64,000 nt of DNA from Candidatus Methylomirabilia bacterium (GTDB taxonomy: Bacteria; Methylomirabilota; Methylomirabilia; Rokubacteriales; CSP1-6). The position numbers and the translations under genes were made by a program. Where the stretch lies: NCBI GenBank assembly GCA_046758965.1, contig JBHIBG010000006.1, forward strand, positions 29,930-93,929. Direction: 5' to 3'. Below are positions 28,124 to 37,479 of this stretch, piece by piece; the stretch's first letter is position 1, and each line of letters opens with the position of its first letter. The notes below the pieces were generated by a model. It made no database searches, had not been told where the DNA came from, and saw only the letters and a program-made list of their open reading frames with translations.

Positions 28124-29236
28124 TCAAATCCGCACAGGGTCCAGCTGCCCTGCCAGCCCATGGAGGGCTTCGAAGAGATAGTAGCTCCCCCAGATCAGCT
28201 CGTGAAAGGTTGCGAGGCCGGTCCGCTTGTTGTAACACCCCTCCCGGAGGATGCCGTCAGGCGCCAGGTAGCCGGCCACCAGGGCACGCGCTGTCTCCTC
28301 AGCCGCATGCCGATAGTCGCGCCGGCGATCCTCCGACTGCGACAGGGTAGCGAGCTTGAGCAGGCTGGCGCTGACAATGGCGGTCGCTGATCTGTCGCGG
28401 TTGGTGCGGGGGATGGCCGGGTCATCGAAGTCCCAGAAGGCGACCCGGTCCTCTGGAACGTGGGCGAGCCACCAGTCAGCCGTCAGCTCAGCAACATCGA
28501 GGAACCGCCGCTGGCCCGACCACTGGTATGCCAGACCCCAGCCGAGCATTCCCCAGGCTTGGGCCCGGGCCCAGGTGCCCTGGTCGGTCACCCCCTTGTG
28601 CGCGTAGCGGCGGAGCATCTCTCCTGTTTCGGCATCGAACGAGGCAGACTGGCAGACGGAGCCATCCTCGCGCGGGCAGAACTCGATGTGGCGGGCCGCG
28701 TGGTCGAGGGCGATCTCCCGCAGCGGGGCATCGCCGCTCTCCCGGAAGGCCCAGAGGAGAAGCGCTGAGGCCTCCACCGTGTCCACGCTGGCCTCCCCCC
28801 CTCCAACGTGTGAGGCCTCCTCCGCCTTCACCCCGAGGGGAAGAGCCCCGACGCGGGGGGTGTACATGGCGGCCAGCCCCTTCGCGCCCAGGAGCGCGAT
28901 CTCTCGAGCGATCGGATCGCCCTGCAAGATGGCCCCCAGGGCCGCGCCGTAATAGAAGAGGAAGCCGCGGAACGCGGTCTCGGAGTGGATCCGGGCCCTG
29001 AGCCTGTCGGTCCACTGCTCAGCCCACTTCACGTAACGGCCCCCCCCTGGACCCGTCGAGCTGAGCCAGAGCATCCCGTCCCAGTAGCCTCCGCTCCAGT
29101 CGCCAGATGGCGAGCATGTCCAGCAGCCGGTTTCGGGATCGGCGAAGTGCGGAAAGCTCTCCTGGACCCTTTGGCCTGTGCCGTCCACCCGGAGGCCCAT
29201 TCGAGAAAGGGCTTCACTCCACAGCCTGTGACTCAC
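28124..29236 (-). CDS. Glycoside hydrolase family 88-like (unsaturated glucuronyl hydrolase-like) protein
   Basis: GDWSGGYW.GMLW, TWARAQAW, WDFDDP, ELIWGSYYLFEAL; GTG start with AAGGAG RBS. Confidence 0.75.
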   Translation of the reverse strand: MSHRLWSEALSRMGLRVDGTGQRVQESFPHFADPETGCWTCSPSGDWSGGYWDGMLWLSSTGPGGGRYVKWAEQWTDRLRARIHSETAFRGFLFYYGAALGAILQGDPIAREIALLGAKGLAAMYTPRVGALPLGVKAEEASHVGGGEASVDTVEASALLLWAFRESGDAPLREIALDHAARHIEFCPREDGSVCQSASFDAETGEMLRRYAHKGVTDQGTWARAQAWGMLGWGLAYQWSGQRRFLDVAELTADWWLAHVPEDRVAFWDFDDPAIPRTNRDRSATAIVSASLLKLATLSQSEDRRRDYRHAAEETARALVAGYLAPDGILREGCYNKRTGLATFHELIWGSYYLFEALHGLAGQLDPVRI

Positions 29237-29373
29237 CTGACCGCTCCTTCGTAACCCGCTCCGGCCCCATGCGGGCAAGCGCCGGGGTTCAGAGGCGGCA
29301 CCCATTATACCTACGGCCTCGCACGGAGAAAGCCCTCACCCGGCAGCAGGCGGGCCGGAAGACCGGAAGAAGA

Positions 29374-29422
29374 TTTGGCACCGCCAATGGGCTTGACTCT
29401 TTCGTGTGCCAAAGAATATCCT
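29374..29422 (+). promoter_or_regulatory. Promoter/operator upstream of the ABC operon
   Basis: TTGACT-18 nt-TATCCT; TTGGC-ACC-GCCAA palindrome and a second GTGCCAAA half-site. Confidence 0.5.
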
Positions 29423-29493
29423 TGGGGCCACTCTCCAGGCCATTGCTGTAATCAGCCCTGGGTTGCCAGCCAGGCTTAACAGGAGGTGGACCG

Positions 29494-30786
29494 ATGCACC
29501 ACCGACGAGAATTCCTCAAGACCGCAGGCGTCGCCGCCCTTGCCGCGGGGGGCGCAATCACGGGGGCGCCGGCCATTGTCAGGGCCCAGCAGAAGATCCC
29601 GAAGGAGCCGATCAAGCTCGGCGTAATCGGCTTCATCTCCGGGGTGCCGGCCGCGCTTGGCGAAGCCGGCCTCAGGGCGACGCGGATCCTCGCCGAGGAG
29701 ATCAACAACTCCGGCGGGATCCTCGGCCGTGAGGTCAAGATCCTGTTCGAGGACGAGGCGGGCGGAGCCAAGAAGGTCGTGGAACGGTTCAGAAGGTTCG
29801 CGCTGGCCGAGAAATGCGATGCCGTGCTTGGCGTGATCTCGACAGGCAACGGGCAAGCCGTCGGCCGGGAGGCCGAGAAGCTCCAGCAACTCTGGCTCTC
29901 CTGGGATGGCACCACCCAGAAGGGACTCAAGGAGACGCTCAGGAGCCCGACATACGCCTTCAAGAGCGTGGACAATGAGATGGAAGCGATCGGCAGCGCG
30001 CTCGTGGCCTCGCCCATGTTCAGGAACGCCGAGACCATCGCGGGGATCAACGACGACTACTCCTACGGCCGGAACACCTTCGAAGCCTTCGTCACGATCT
30101 TCAAGAAGATCGGCAACCCGAAGGCGCGAGTCGTGCTCGACCTCTGGCCCAAGCTCGGGACCACCGACTACAGCTCTCATGTCGCCGCTCTCAAGAGGGC
30201 CAATCCTGATCTCATCGTGACGAGCTTCTGGGCAGGGCACGCGCCCCAGCTCGCCAAGCAGGGCACTGCCATCGACCTCTGGTCAGGCCGCAAGGTGGTG
30301 ATGATGTCAGCCGGGCTCAACCACTCCGAAATGAAAAAGGGGTTTACCCCGGAAGGCATCGTCATGGGGTACAACAGCCTCTATTTCCAGTGGACGAATA
30401 ACTGGCCGCTCCTGACCGCCTACAACAGGAAGCTCTGGGCACGGCACAAGGCCTACGCCACCAACAGCGATGGCCACGGGTACTTCGTCCTCACCGCTTA
30501 CAAGGCCGCCGTGGAGCGCGCGTCCGCTATCCTTGGTGGGGGCTGGCCCACCAAGAAGCAGGTGGCGACGGCACTCAGGGGGATCCAGGTTCCGGCCCTC
30601 AGCGGCTACCGGGGCTACCGGGAGGATAATGTGATGACGACCGACTTCTTCGTCGGGGTCACCACGCACAAGAACGACTTTGACTTCGCCACCGTTGACC
30701 CGGTGGGCGTCATGACGGCGGCGCAGAGCCAGAAGCCGCCGGGAGCGGATTTCCACAGGTGGGTCGACAGCTGGGGGCAGGCGTAA
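29494..30786 (+). CDS. Liv-type ABC transporter substrate-binding protein with Tat signal
   Basis: RREFLK twin-arginine signal, EEINNSGGILGR, DYSYGR, TDYSSHV. Confidence 0.88.
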   Translation: MHHRREFLKTAGVAALAAGGAITGAPAIVRAQQKIPKEPIKLGVIGFISGVPAALGEAGLRATRILAEEINNSGGILGREVKILFEDEAGGAKKVVERFRRFALAEKCDAVLGVISTGNGQAVGREAEKLQQLWLSWDGTTQKGLKETLRSPTYAFKSVDNEMEAIGSALVASPMFRNAETIAGINDDYSYGRNTFEAFVTIFKKIGNPKARVVLDLWPKLGTTDYSSHVAALKRANPDLIVTSFWAGHAPQLAKQGTAIDLWSGRKVVMMSAGLNHSEMKKGFTPEGIVMGYNSLYFQWTNNWPLLTAYNRKLWARHKAYATNSDGHGYFVLTAYKAAVERASAILGGGWPTKKQVATALRGIQVPALSGYRGYREDNVMTTDFFVGVTTHKNDFDFATVDPVGVMTAAQSQKPPGADFHRWVDSWGQA

Positions 30787-30830
30787 CGTCCACCATCGGG
30801 TCTGACCGCATAACCAAGCAGATCGGCCAG

Positions 30831-30861
30831 GGCGGCGGCTCCTGCGGCGGGGGCCGCCGCC
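30831..30861 (+). other. Intercistronic stem-loop after the SBP gene (mRNA stabiliser or partial terminator)
   Basis: GGCGGCGGCTCC-7 nt-GGGGCCGCCGCC inverted repeat. Confidence 0.55.
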
Positions 30862-30910
30862 GCCTCAAAATCTCCGAGCGAGCCTCCATTTTGTCCGCCT
30901 GAGGGATCCC

Positions 30911-31807
30911 GTGCTCGCTACCGCCATCAACATCCTCTCCACGGGCGCGTTCAATGCTTCGATCCTCTTCCTGATCGCGTCCGGGCTCCAGGTGGTCTTC
31001 GGGGTCCAGAAGATCTTCAACCTCGCCTGCGGCAGCGCCTATGCCCTCGGCGCATACGCGGGTGTCTCGTTCGTAGCGGCGTTCCTCCGGTTGGGAGCCC
31101 CGAGCTGGCTCTTCGTCTTCGCACTCATCGCGGCCGGCATCGCGGCCGCAGTCATGGGTCCGCTCATCGAGCGAGGGCTCCTCCGCTTCATCTACAACCG
31201 TCCGGAGTCGTTCCAGCTTCTGTTGACCTTCGCGGTGGTCCTGATCATGGAGGACCTGATCAAGCTCATCTGGGGGTTCAGCCCGCTCAGCACCGGGGCC
31301 ATCTACCTCCAGTACGGCAGCCTCTCACTCCTCGGAGCCACGGTGCCGGTCTACAACCTCGTCGTCATCTTCGTCGCGATCGGGCTCGCCTTCGGAATCG
31401 AGTACCTGCTGCTCCGGACGAACTTTGGCCGTCTCATGCGGGGGACGGCGAGTGACGGGTTGATGAGCCAGGCTCTGGGCGTCAACATGCCGTTCCTGTA
31501 CGTCCGAGTGTTCACGCTCGGGACTCTCCTGGGGACGCTCGGCGGGGCATTGCAGGTCCCCGCAACGCAGGCGGTCACCGAGATGGGGGTGGAGGCAATC
31601 GTGCTCGCCTTCGCGGTGGTGGTGATCGGGGGTCTCGGAAGCATGCGCGGGGCCCTGCTCGGGGCCCTGATCGTCGGCCTCTGCCGGGCCTCCGTCATCT
31701 CCCTGCCCCCGCCGATCCCCGAGGCCGAGGTCTTCGTCATCTACGCGATCGTGATCGCGGTGCTCCTCATCCGCCCTCGTGGCCTGCTCCCTACCACGGC
31801 GAGCTAA
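30911..31807 (+). CDS. LivH-like ABC permease
   Basis: FLIASGLQVVFG...FNLA, VVIGGLGSM.GA. Confidence 0.88.
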   Translation: MLATAINILSTGAFNASILFLIASGLQVVFGVQKIFNLACGSAYALGAYAGVSFVAAFLRLGAPSWLFVFALIAAGIAAAVMGPLIERGLLRFIYNRPESFQLLLTFAVVLIMEDLIKLIWGFSPLSTGAIYLQYGSLSLLGATVPVYNLVVIFVAIGLAFGIEYLLLRTNFGRLMRGTASDGLMSQALGVNMPFLYVRVFTLGTLLGTLGGALQVPATQAVTEMGVEAIVLAFAVVVIGGLGSMRGALLGALIVGLCRASVISLPPPIPEAEVFVIYAIVIAVLLIRPRGLLPTTAS

Positions 31808-31820
31808 CCGGCGACCCACC

Positions 31821-32837
31821 ATGCGCACCTCCACGATTCAGAAGTCGCTCGTCCTGGCGGGCTTCGTGGCGCTCGCGCTGGCGCCTCTCGTGCTCGACGT
31901 CTACCGGACCCAGCTTCTGATCACGTTCTTCGGGTACGGGGTGGCTCTCCTCGGCTACAACCTCATCTTCGCCTACACCGGGCTCCTGTCCTTCGGACAT
32001 GCCCTCTTCGTGGCCGTCGGGAGCTACACTGTGGCCTTCATGACGAGCCGATTTGGCCTCTACTCGATGGAGCTCGCCCTGGTGATGGCGATCGCCACCG
32101 GAGCAGCAGTGGCCGTGGTCGTGGGAGCGATGTGCGCGCGCTACGTGGAAGTCTACTTCGCGATGCTCACGTTCGCGTTCGGGATGCTCTTCTACACCGC
32201 GATCCTCAAATCCTACAACCTGACCGGCGGCGACGAGGGGATGCCCGTGGACCGGCCGAACGTGCTCGGACTGGACATGGCCGCCCTCGGCCATCTCGAC
32301 TTCCTCACCGGCCCGTACTACTACTACGCGCTCGGGGTCTTCGCAATCGCGACACTCGTCATGTGGCGCATCGTCCGGTCTCCCTTCGGGCTGGCGCTGA
32401 AGACCATTCGAGACAACCCCGAAAAGGCCGAGTTTCTCGGAATCCCCATCCGGATCTACCGGTGGTACGCTTTCGTGATTGCCGGCATCTTCGGCGCGGT
32501 GGGCGGCGCCCTCATGGCCCCGGTCGACGGCCAGGTGGACCCCAGCCTCGCCTACTGGACCGAATCCGGAACGGTGGTGTTCATGGTCCTCCTGGGGGGC
32601 TTCGCCAACTTCATCGGCCCGTTGGTGGGGGCTCTCGTCTACATCAATCTCCTGGACTGGGTGCAGTCCCTGACCGAGTACTGGCGCATCGCCTTCGGAG
32701 GCATCCTGGCCATCATCGTCATCGTCGCTCCGGGCGGGCTCATGGGGCTCTTTGGAACGGTGGCGCGGCGGGTGCTCCCGGGGCTCGCAGCCGGGGAGGC
32801 CGCCGTAGAGGTGGAGAAGCCGCGTGGCGCTGCTTGA
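31821..32837 (+). CDS. LivM-like ABC permease
   Basis: YTGLLSFGH, YFAMLT, TGGDEG, SPFG.AL..IRDN, MVLLGG. Confidence 0.88.
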   Translation: MRTSTIQKSLVLAGFVALALAPLVLDVYRTQLLITFFGYGVALLGYNLIFAYTGLLSFGHALFVAVGSYTVAFMTSRFGLYSMELALVMAIATGAAVAVVVGAMCARYVEVYFAMLTFAFGMLFYTAILKSYNLTGGDEGMPVDRPNVLGLDMAALGHLDFLTGPYYYYALGVFAIATLVMWRIVRSPFGLALKTIRDNPEKAEFLGIPIRIYRWYAFVIAGIFGAVGGALMAPVDGQVDPSLAYWTESGTVVFMVLLGGFANFIGPLVGALVYINLLDWVQSLTEYWRIAFGGILAIIVIVAPGGLMGLFGTVARRVLPGLAAGEAAVEVEKPRGAA

Positions 32838-33597
32838 GGGGCGAGACCTTCACAAACACTACGGGGCGCTCCGCGCGCTCGACGGCGTGAGCCTCAGCAT
32901 CAGCGACGGGGAGTTCCTCTCCGTCATCGGTCCGAACGGAGCAGGCAAGACGACCCTGGTCAATGTCCTCACCGGCCTGCTCCGCCCCCAGGCCGGACAC
33001 GTCTACTTCAACGGGCGCGAGATCACAGGGCTCGGACCTCAGAAGCTGGCCCGGCTCGGGATCGCCAGGAGCTTTCAGCTCATCCACATCTTCCCGGAGC
33101 TCACGGTGGTGGAGACGCTGCTCGCCGCGGTGATGTCCAGGACCCGGAAGAGCGCTCGGCTCTACGCCTCGCTCACGGGAGACCGCGAGGTGAACCGAGA
33201 AGCGCGGGAGATCGCCGCCCTCTTCGGCCTCGACAAGAACCTGCGCGCGAAGGCGGGAAATCTCTCCCAGGGCGACAAGAAGCTCCTCGATGTGGCCTCA
33301 GCGTTCGGGCTCCACCCGGAGGTCATCCTGCTGGACGAGCCGACCAGCGGCGTGAGCACGAGCGAGAAGCACCGGATCATGGACACCCTCGTGTCGGCCT
33401 CCAGGTCGATCAAGACGAAGGCGATCATCCAGGTCGAGCACGACATGGACATCGTCTTCTCCTACTCGCACCGGATCCTCGCCATGCACGAGGGTCGGAT
33501 CCTCTTCGACGGGAGGCCGTCGGACCTGAAGCGGAACGAGGACGTGGTGGCCACGGTCATGGGGCGGAAGGACGTCTTTACCACCCTCAAGCGCTGA
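32824..33597 (+). CDS. LivG-like ABC ATPase
   Basis: GPNGAGKTT, GIARSFQ, LDEPTSG, EHDM. Confidence 0.9.
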   Translation: MALLEGRDLHKHYGALRALDGVSLSISDGEFLSVIGPNGAGKTTLVNVLTGLLRPQAGHVYFNGREITGLGPQKLARLGIARSFQLIHIFPELTVVETLLAAVMSRTRKSARLYASLTGDREVNREAREIAALFGLDKNLRAKAGNLSQGDKKLLDVASAFGLHPEVILLDEPTSGVSTSEKHRIMDTLVSASRSIKTKAIIQVEHDMDIVFSYSHRILAMHEGRILFDGRPSDLKRNEDVVATVMGRKDVFTTLKR

Positions 33598-33605
33598 CGG
33601 CACGT

Positions 33606-34316
33606 ATGGTCCTCCGCATCGACCGGATCGACGTCTACATCGGCCTGAGCCACATTCTCCGGGAGGTCTCGCTCGAGGTACGGCCCGGGGAGGCCGTATA
33701 CCTCATCGGGCGAAACGGCGCGGGGAAGACCACCACGCTCCTGTCGGTCCTCGGCTTCCGGCGCCCCGCCAAAGGCTCCATCGAGTTCAGATCCGAAAAC
33801 CTGGTCGGGCTCCCGCCCCAGGAGATCGCGAGGAAGGGAATCGGCTACTCGCCTGAGGAGAGCCGGGTGTTTCCGGACCTGACGGTGCACGAGAACATCG
33901 CCTACTCCACCTACACCAGGAAGACCGAGAGGAGCGCCGAGGAGCGAACCGCACGAGCCTACGAGGTCTTCCCGAAGCTTCACGACTACCGGAACCGGAG
34001 GGGAAACCAGCTCTCCGGCGGCGAGCGCAAGATGCTGTCGATCGCCCGCGCCCTAGCGCTCGATCCCGCCCTCCTCCTTCTCGACGAGCCGTTCGAGGGG
34101 CTCTCGCCGACGATCATGCCGCAGGTCGCTGAAAGCATCCACGAGATCACGAAGATGGGTGTGTCGGTCCTGACGGTCGAGTCCAACATCTACCACGTGG
34201 CTGACTTCGCCACGCGGCTCTACGTCATCGAGCGCGGCGAGATCATCTTCTCAGGCAAGCCCGGGGAGGTGCAGAGCTACCCAGAGGTGATGAAAATCGT
34301 CGCGGGAACCACGTAG
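33606..34316 (+). CDS. LivF-like ABC ATPase
   Basis: GRNGAGKTT, LSGGERKML, LDEPFEGL. Confidence 0.9.
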   Translation: MVLRIDRIDVYIGLSHILREVSLEVRPGEAVYLIGRNGAGKTTTLLSVLGFRRPAKGSIEFRSENLVGLPPQEIARKGIGYSPEESRVFPDLTVHENIAYSTYTRKTERSAEERTARAYEVFPKLHDYRNRRGNQLSGGERKMLSIARALALDPALLLLDEPFEGLSPTIMPQVAESIHEITKMGVSVLTVESNIYHVADFATRLYVIERGEIIFSGKPGEVQSYPEVMKIVAGTT

Positions 34317-34416
34317 CCGTTGCACCCCGGTGTCGCGTGCCGGTGACTCTCCCGGCCATGCCTCGACGGAAGCTGGGCCTCACGACGCCCCTCATCGCAC
34401 TCTCCCGCAGCGTTCC

Positions 34417-35673
34417 TCAGCCGGCTGCCTCGCTGCGCGGCGGGTAGGCGAAGAGCACGGCGATGGCAAAGGTGAGCGGGAGCACCAGCTGGGGAAGAAG
34501 GGCTGAGCGATAGTCCCCCAGCCAATCGTAGCCGATGCCGAGCGGCAGCGGACCCAGAGCCGCGCCGGCGATGAGGATCGTGGCCGCGAGCCCTTGGATG
34601 CTGCCAACATGGGCACGGCCGAAGTAGTGAGCCCACACATAGGGGTACGTTGTCATCAACCCGCCCTGCGTGGTCCCGAGCACGGCCCCGTAGAGAACGG
34701 CCGTAGCCGGTGTGCGCACCACCAGGAGCGCCCCGATCGAAGCCGCCATGAGCATGAGAACCGAGGAGAGAATGAAGCGCGCCGGACAGCGATCCAGCAG
34801 GAGCCCGGTGAGCATCGTCGCCACAGCGAGAAACACGGCCTCGACGCCGAAGATGTGGGCAGCGAGCTGCCGGCTCAGCCCCTGCTCCTCGAAGTACGCC
34901 ACCTGGTGAAAGATAAGGCCGGTGACCAGCATCGAGAGCACGGCGAGCCCGAGAGCGAGCAGCCAGAACGCCGCGCTGCGGATGGCCCGGGAGAGGATCC
35001 AGCTCTCCTCCCTCCTTTCGCCCTCCGCGGCCGGAGATCCGGCACCCGGCGACGTCGGCCCGTCCGGTTGCAGGCCCAGGTCCTCCGGGCGATCCCGCAC
35101 AAACACGGCAGCGAGCGGGACGATCAGAATCCAGACGACCACTCCGAGGTAGACCCACGCGGCCCGCCAGCCGACGCGGTCGATCGTGATCTGGAGGAGG
35201 GGCGGAACCACGGCCGTGCTGGCGGCGAAGCCAAGGCTCACGATGCTCATGGCGAAGCCCCGCTGGCGAACGAACCACTGGGCCACGAGCGCGGTGGAGG
35301 TCAACGCCAGCGCGCCCTGGCCCAAGAGACGAATACCGGTGAAGGCCAGGTACAAGGGCACGATGCCGTTCACCAGGGAGAGCGCCATGCTGGCAAGGCC
35401 CAAGCCCCCGGCGATCCAGGCCATCATGACCCGACCACCCCGGCGGTCGACGAGTCGACCGATGTACGGCAGGCCGACAGACGCCGTAAGGGATGCCAGC
35501 GAGTACGCGCTCGAGACGATGGTTCGCGACAGGCCGAGCTCGCTGAGCATCGGAACGAGGAAGATGCTGATTGCGAACGATTGACCTGGAGCTGTGGCGA
35601 AGTAGGCCAGCGTTGCCATGGCCAGAACGACCCAGCCGTAAAAGAAGCGGGGGGCCGATGTCGTAGCGATCAC
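34417..35673 (-). CDS. MFS transporter
   Basis: FFYGWVV start, G.LVDR.G motif, WFVRQRG; multiple TM helices. Confidence 0.9.
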   Translation of the reverse strand: MIATTSAPRFFYGWVVLAMATLAYFATAPGQSFAISIFLVPMLSELGLSRTIVSSAYSLASLTASVGLPYIGRLVDRRGGRVMMAWIAGGLGLASMALSLVNGIVPLYLAFTGIRLLGQGALALTSTALVAQWFVRQRGFAMSIVSLGFAASTAVVPPLLQITIDRVGWRAAWVYLGVVVWILIVPLAAVFVRDRPEDLGLQPDGPTSPGAGSPAAEGERREESWILSRAIRSAAFWLLALGLAVLSMLVTGLIFHQVAYFEEQGLSRQLAAHIFGVEAVFLAVATMLTGLLLDRCPARFILSSVLMLMAASIGALLVVRTPATAVLYGAVLGTTQGGLMTTYPYVWAHYFGRAHVGSIQGLAATILIAGAALGPLPLGIGYDWLGDYRSALLPQLVLPLTFAIAVLFAYPPRSEAAG

Positions 35674-35712
35674 TGAACCCGAATTTCAGCCGAGCCCTTG
35701 GCCCGAAGCGCC

Positions 35713-37425
35713 TCACAACCGGTACGCGAGCTCCACGGCGGAGGCCAAAGCCTCCAGGGTCTTGCGGGGGCGGTGGCAGTCGCCGATGCACCGCAGGTCC
35801 ATCCCCGGTGAACGAAGGCGCCGGTATGGCTGATCGTTGGCCTTACGGATCACATCGGAGAACAGTCGCTTGACCGCGGCCTTCTTCAAGAGCGCCTTCA
35901 GCGCCCGCGCCTGGGCCCAGCGGGAGTTGAGCAGCCAGGGGATGATCCAGCGAAAAGGCAGCCGGTAGGAGGCGCCGGTCGCCAGCACGATCACCTCCGG
36001 CTTCAACTCGTCGATGAGCTGGCGCCTCACCGGCTGGCCGAGCCTCACCTCGACCCCTGCCCTGTCGAGCTGCCTCGACAGGAACTCGACGAACTTGAGC
36101 AGGACGGTGGGGTTCGTCTCCACATTCTGGAAGATCGGGGCCTTGGCGGCCAGCCTGAGTTGCCCGCCCAGGCGGTTGCTCTGCTCGAGGAGGACGACCC
36201 GATGCCCCCTGCCGGCCAGGACGCCTGCCGCCTCCATGCCAGCCGGACCGCCACCGACTACCAGGACGCTTCTCGGGCGATCCGCCGGCGTGAGTCGGTG
36301 CCGGCTCTCCTGCCCGGCGATGGGATTGACCAGGCACTGAATCCGAACCCCATCCCGCATGCTGTCCACGCACGTGTTGCAGGAAATGCAGGGACGAATC
36401 TCGTCTAGGCATCCCTCTCGAGCCTTCCGGGGCCACGCGGGGTCAGCGATCAGTTGCCGTCCCAGGGCGACCATGTCGGCCTGACCTTCCGCGACGACCC
36501 GCTCCGCCAGCCCAGGGTCGTGGAGCCGGCCCACGGCGATGACCGGTACGTCAACGACTGCCTTGATGGCCCGGGCCAGATGGAGGAACACCCCCTCGGG
36601 GTAGCTCATGGACGGCGTCATGAGGGCTCCGGACGGACGAGAGCGGTAGCACCCCGCGGAGATATGGAGCGCATCGGCTCCCGCGTCCACCAGCCAGCGG
36701 GAGAGCTCCTCGGCCTCATCGAGCCTCATACCGCCCGGCGCGTATTCGTCAGCGCTGAGGCGGAAGACCAACGGGAAGTCTCCGACCCGCTCTCGACACG
36801 CCTGCACCACCTCCAGCGCGAAGCGCGCCCGCTTCCGGAGGCTCCCGCCGTAGTCATCCGTGCGCTCATTGTCCAGCGGCGAGAGAAACTGAGCGATCAG
36901 ATAGCCGTGGGCGCCGTGGAGCTCGACCAGGTCGAAGCCGGCCCGCTTGGCGCGCTCGGCAGCCTCGGCGAACGCCTGAACGAGCGCCTGAATCTCGTCT
37001 CCGGTGAGCGCCTCGGGTACGACCGTTCGCGTGTCCACCTCCTGGACGACGTGAGGCAGAGCCGAGGGCGCGACCGGGGGGTAGCCGGTGACATCAGGGC
37101 GAGTGTGGCCACCCGCGTGACCGATCTGGATTGCGGTCCGGGCTCCGGCGGCCTCGAGCTGGGCGGTGAGATCCAGAAGCCCGGGGAGAAATCGGTCGTC
37201 AGAGATCCCCAGCTCACGCGCCCGATGTCGGCCGGCGGGGTGTGGGGAGCACATCTCCACGGTGATGAGCCCGGTACCGCCCGCGGCCCGGGCGAGGTAG
37301 TACTGGATCAACTCCGGGGTCACCGCCCCGTCCGGCGCAGCGAGCCGGGTCGTCATCGCCGGCATGACGATCCGGTTGGGGATTTCCAGCCCGCGGATCG
37401 TGATCGGCTCAAACAACGTGGCCAT
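35713..37425 (-). CDS. NADH:flavin oxidoreductase (OYE barrel + Fe-S + FAD domain)
   Basis: LFEPI..NRIVM, HGAHGYL, CISCNTC...C cluster motif, VVGGGPAGMEAA. Confidence 0.88.
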   Translation of the reverse strand: MATLFEPITIRGLEIPNRIVMPAMTTRLAAPDGAVTPELIQYYLARAAGGTGLITVEMCSPHPAGRHRARELGISDDRFLPGLLDLTAQLEAAGARTAIQIGHAGGHTRPDVTGYPPVAPSALPHVVQEVDTRTVVPEALTGDEIQALVQAFAEAAERAKRAGFDLVELHGAHGYLIAQFLSPLDNERTDDYGGSLRKRARFALEVVQACRERVGDFPLVFRLSADEYAPGGMRLDEAEELSRWLVDAGADALHISAGCYRSRPSGALMTPSMSYPEGVFLHLARAIKAVVDVPVIAVGRLHDPGLAERVVAEGQADMVALGRQLIADPAWPRKAREGCLDEIRPCISCNTCVDSMRDGVRIQCLVNPIAGQESRHRLTPADRPRSVLVVGGGPAGMEAAGVLAGRGHRVVLLEQSNRLGGQLRLAAKAPIFQNVETNPTVLLKFVEFLSRQLDRAGVEVRLGQPVRRQLIDELKPEVIVLATGASYRLPFRWIIPWLLNSRWAQARALKALLKKAAVKRLFSDVIRKANDQPYRRLRSPGMDLRCIGDCHRPRKTLEALASAVELAYRL

Positions 37426-37479
37426 GCCTCACACTGTCCAGTAAGAACGGGCGAGGCCACTCACGAGGGGCGGAAGGGA

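Noticed and set aside
29375..29390. Sigma54 promoter (TGGCAC)
   Set aside because: No correctly spaced TTGC -12 element on either strand
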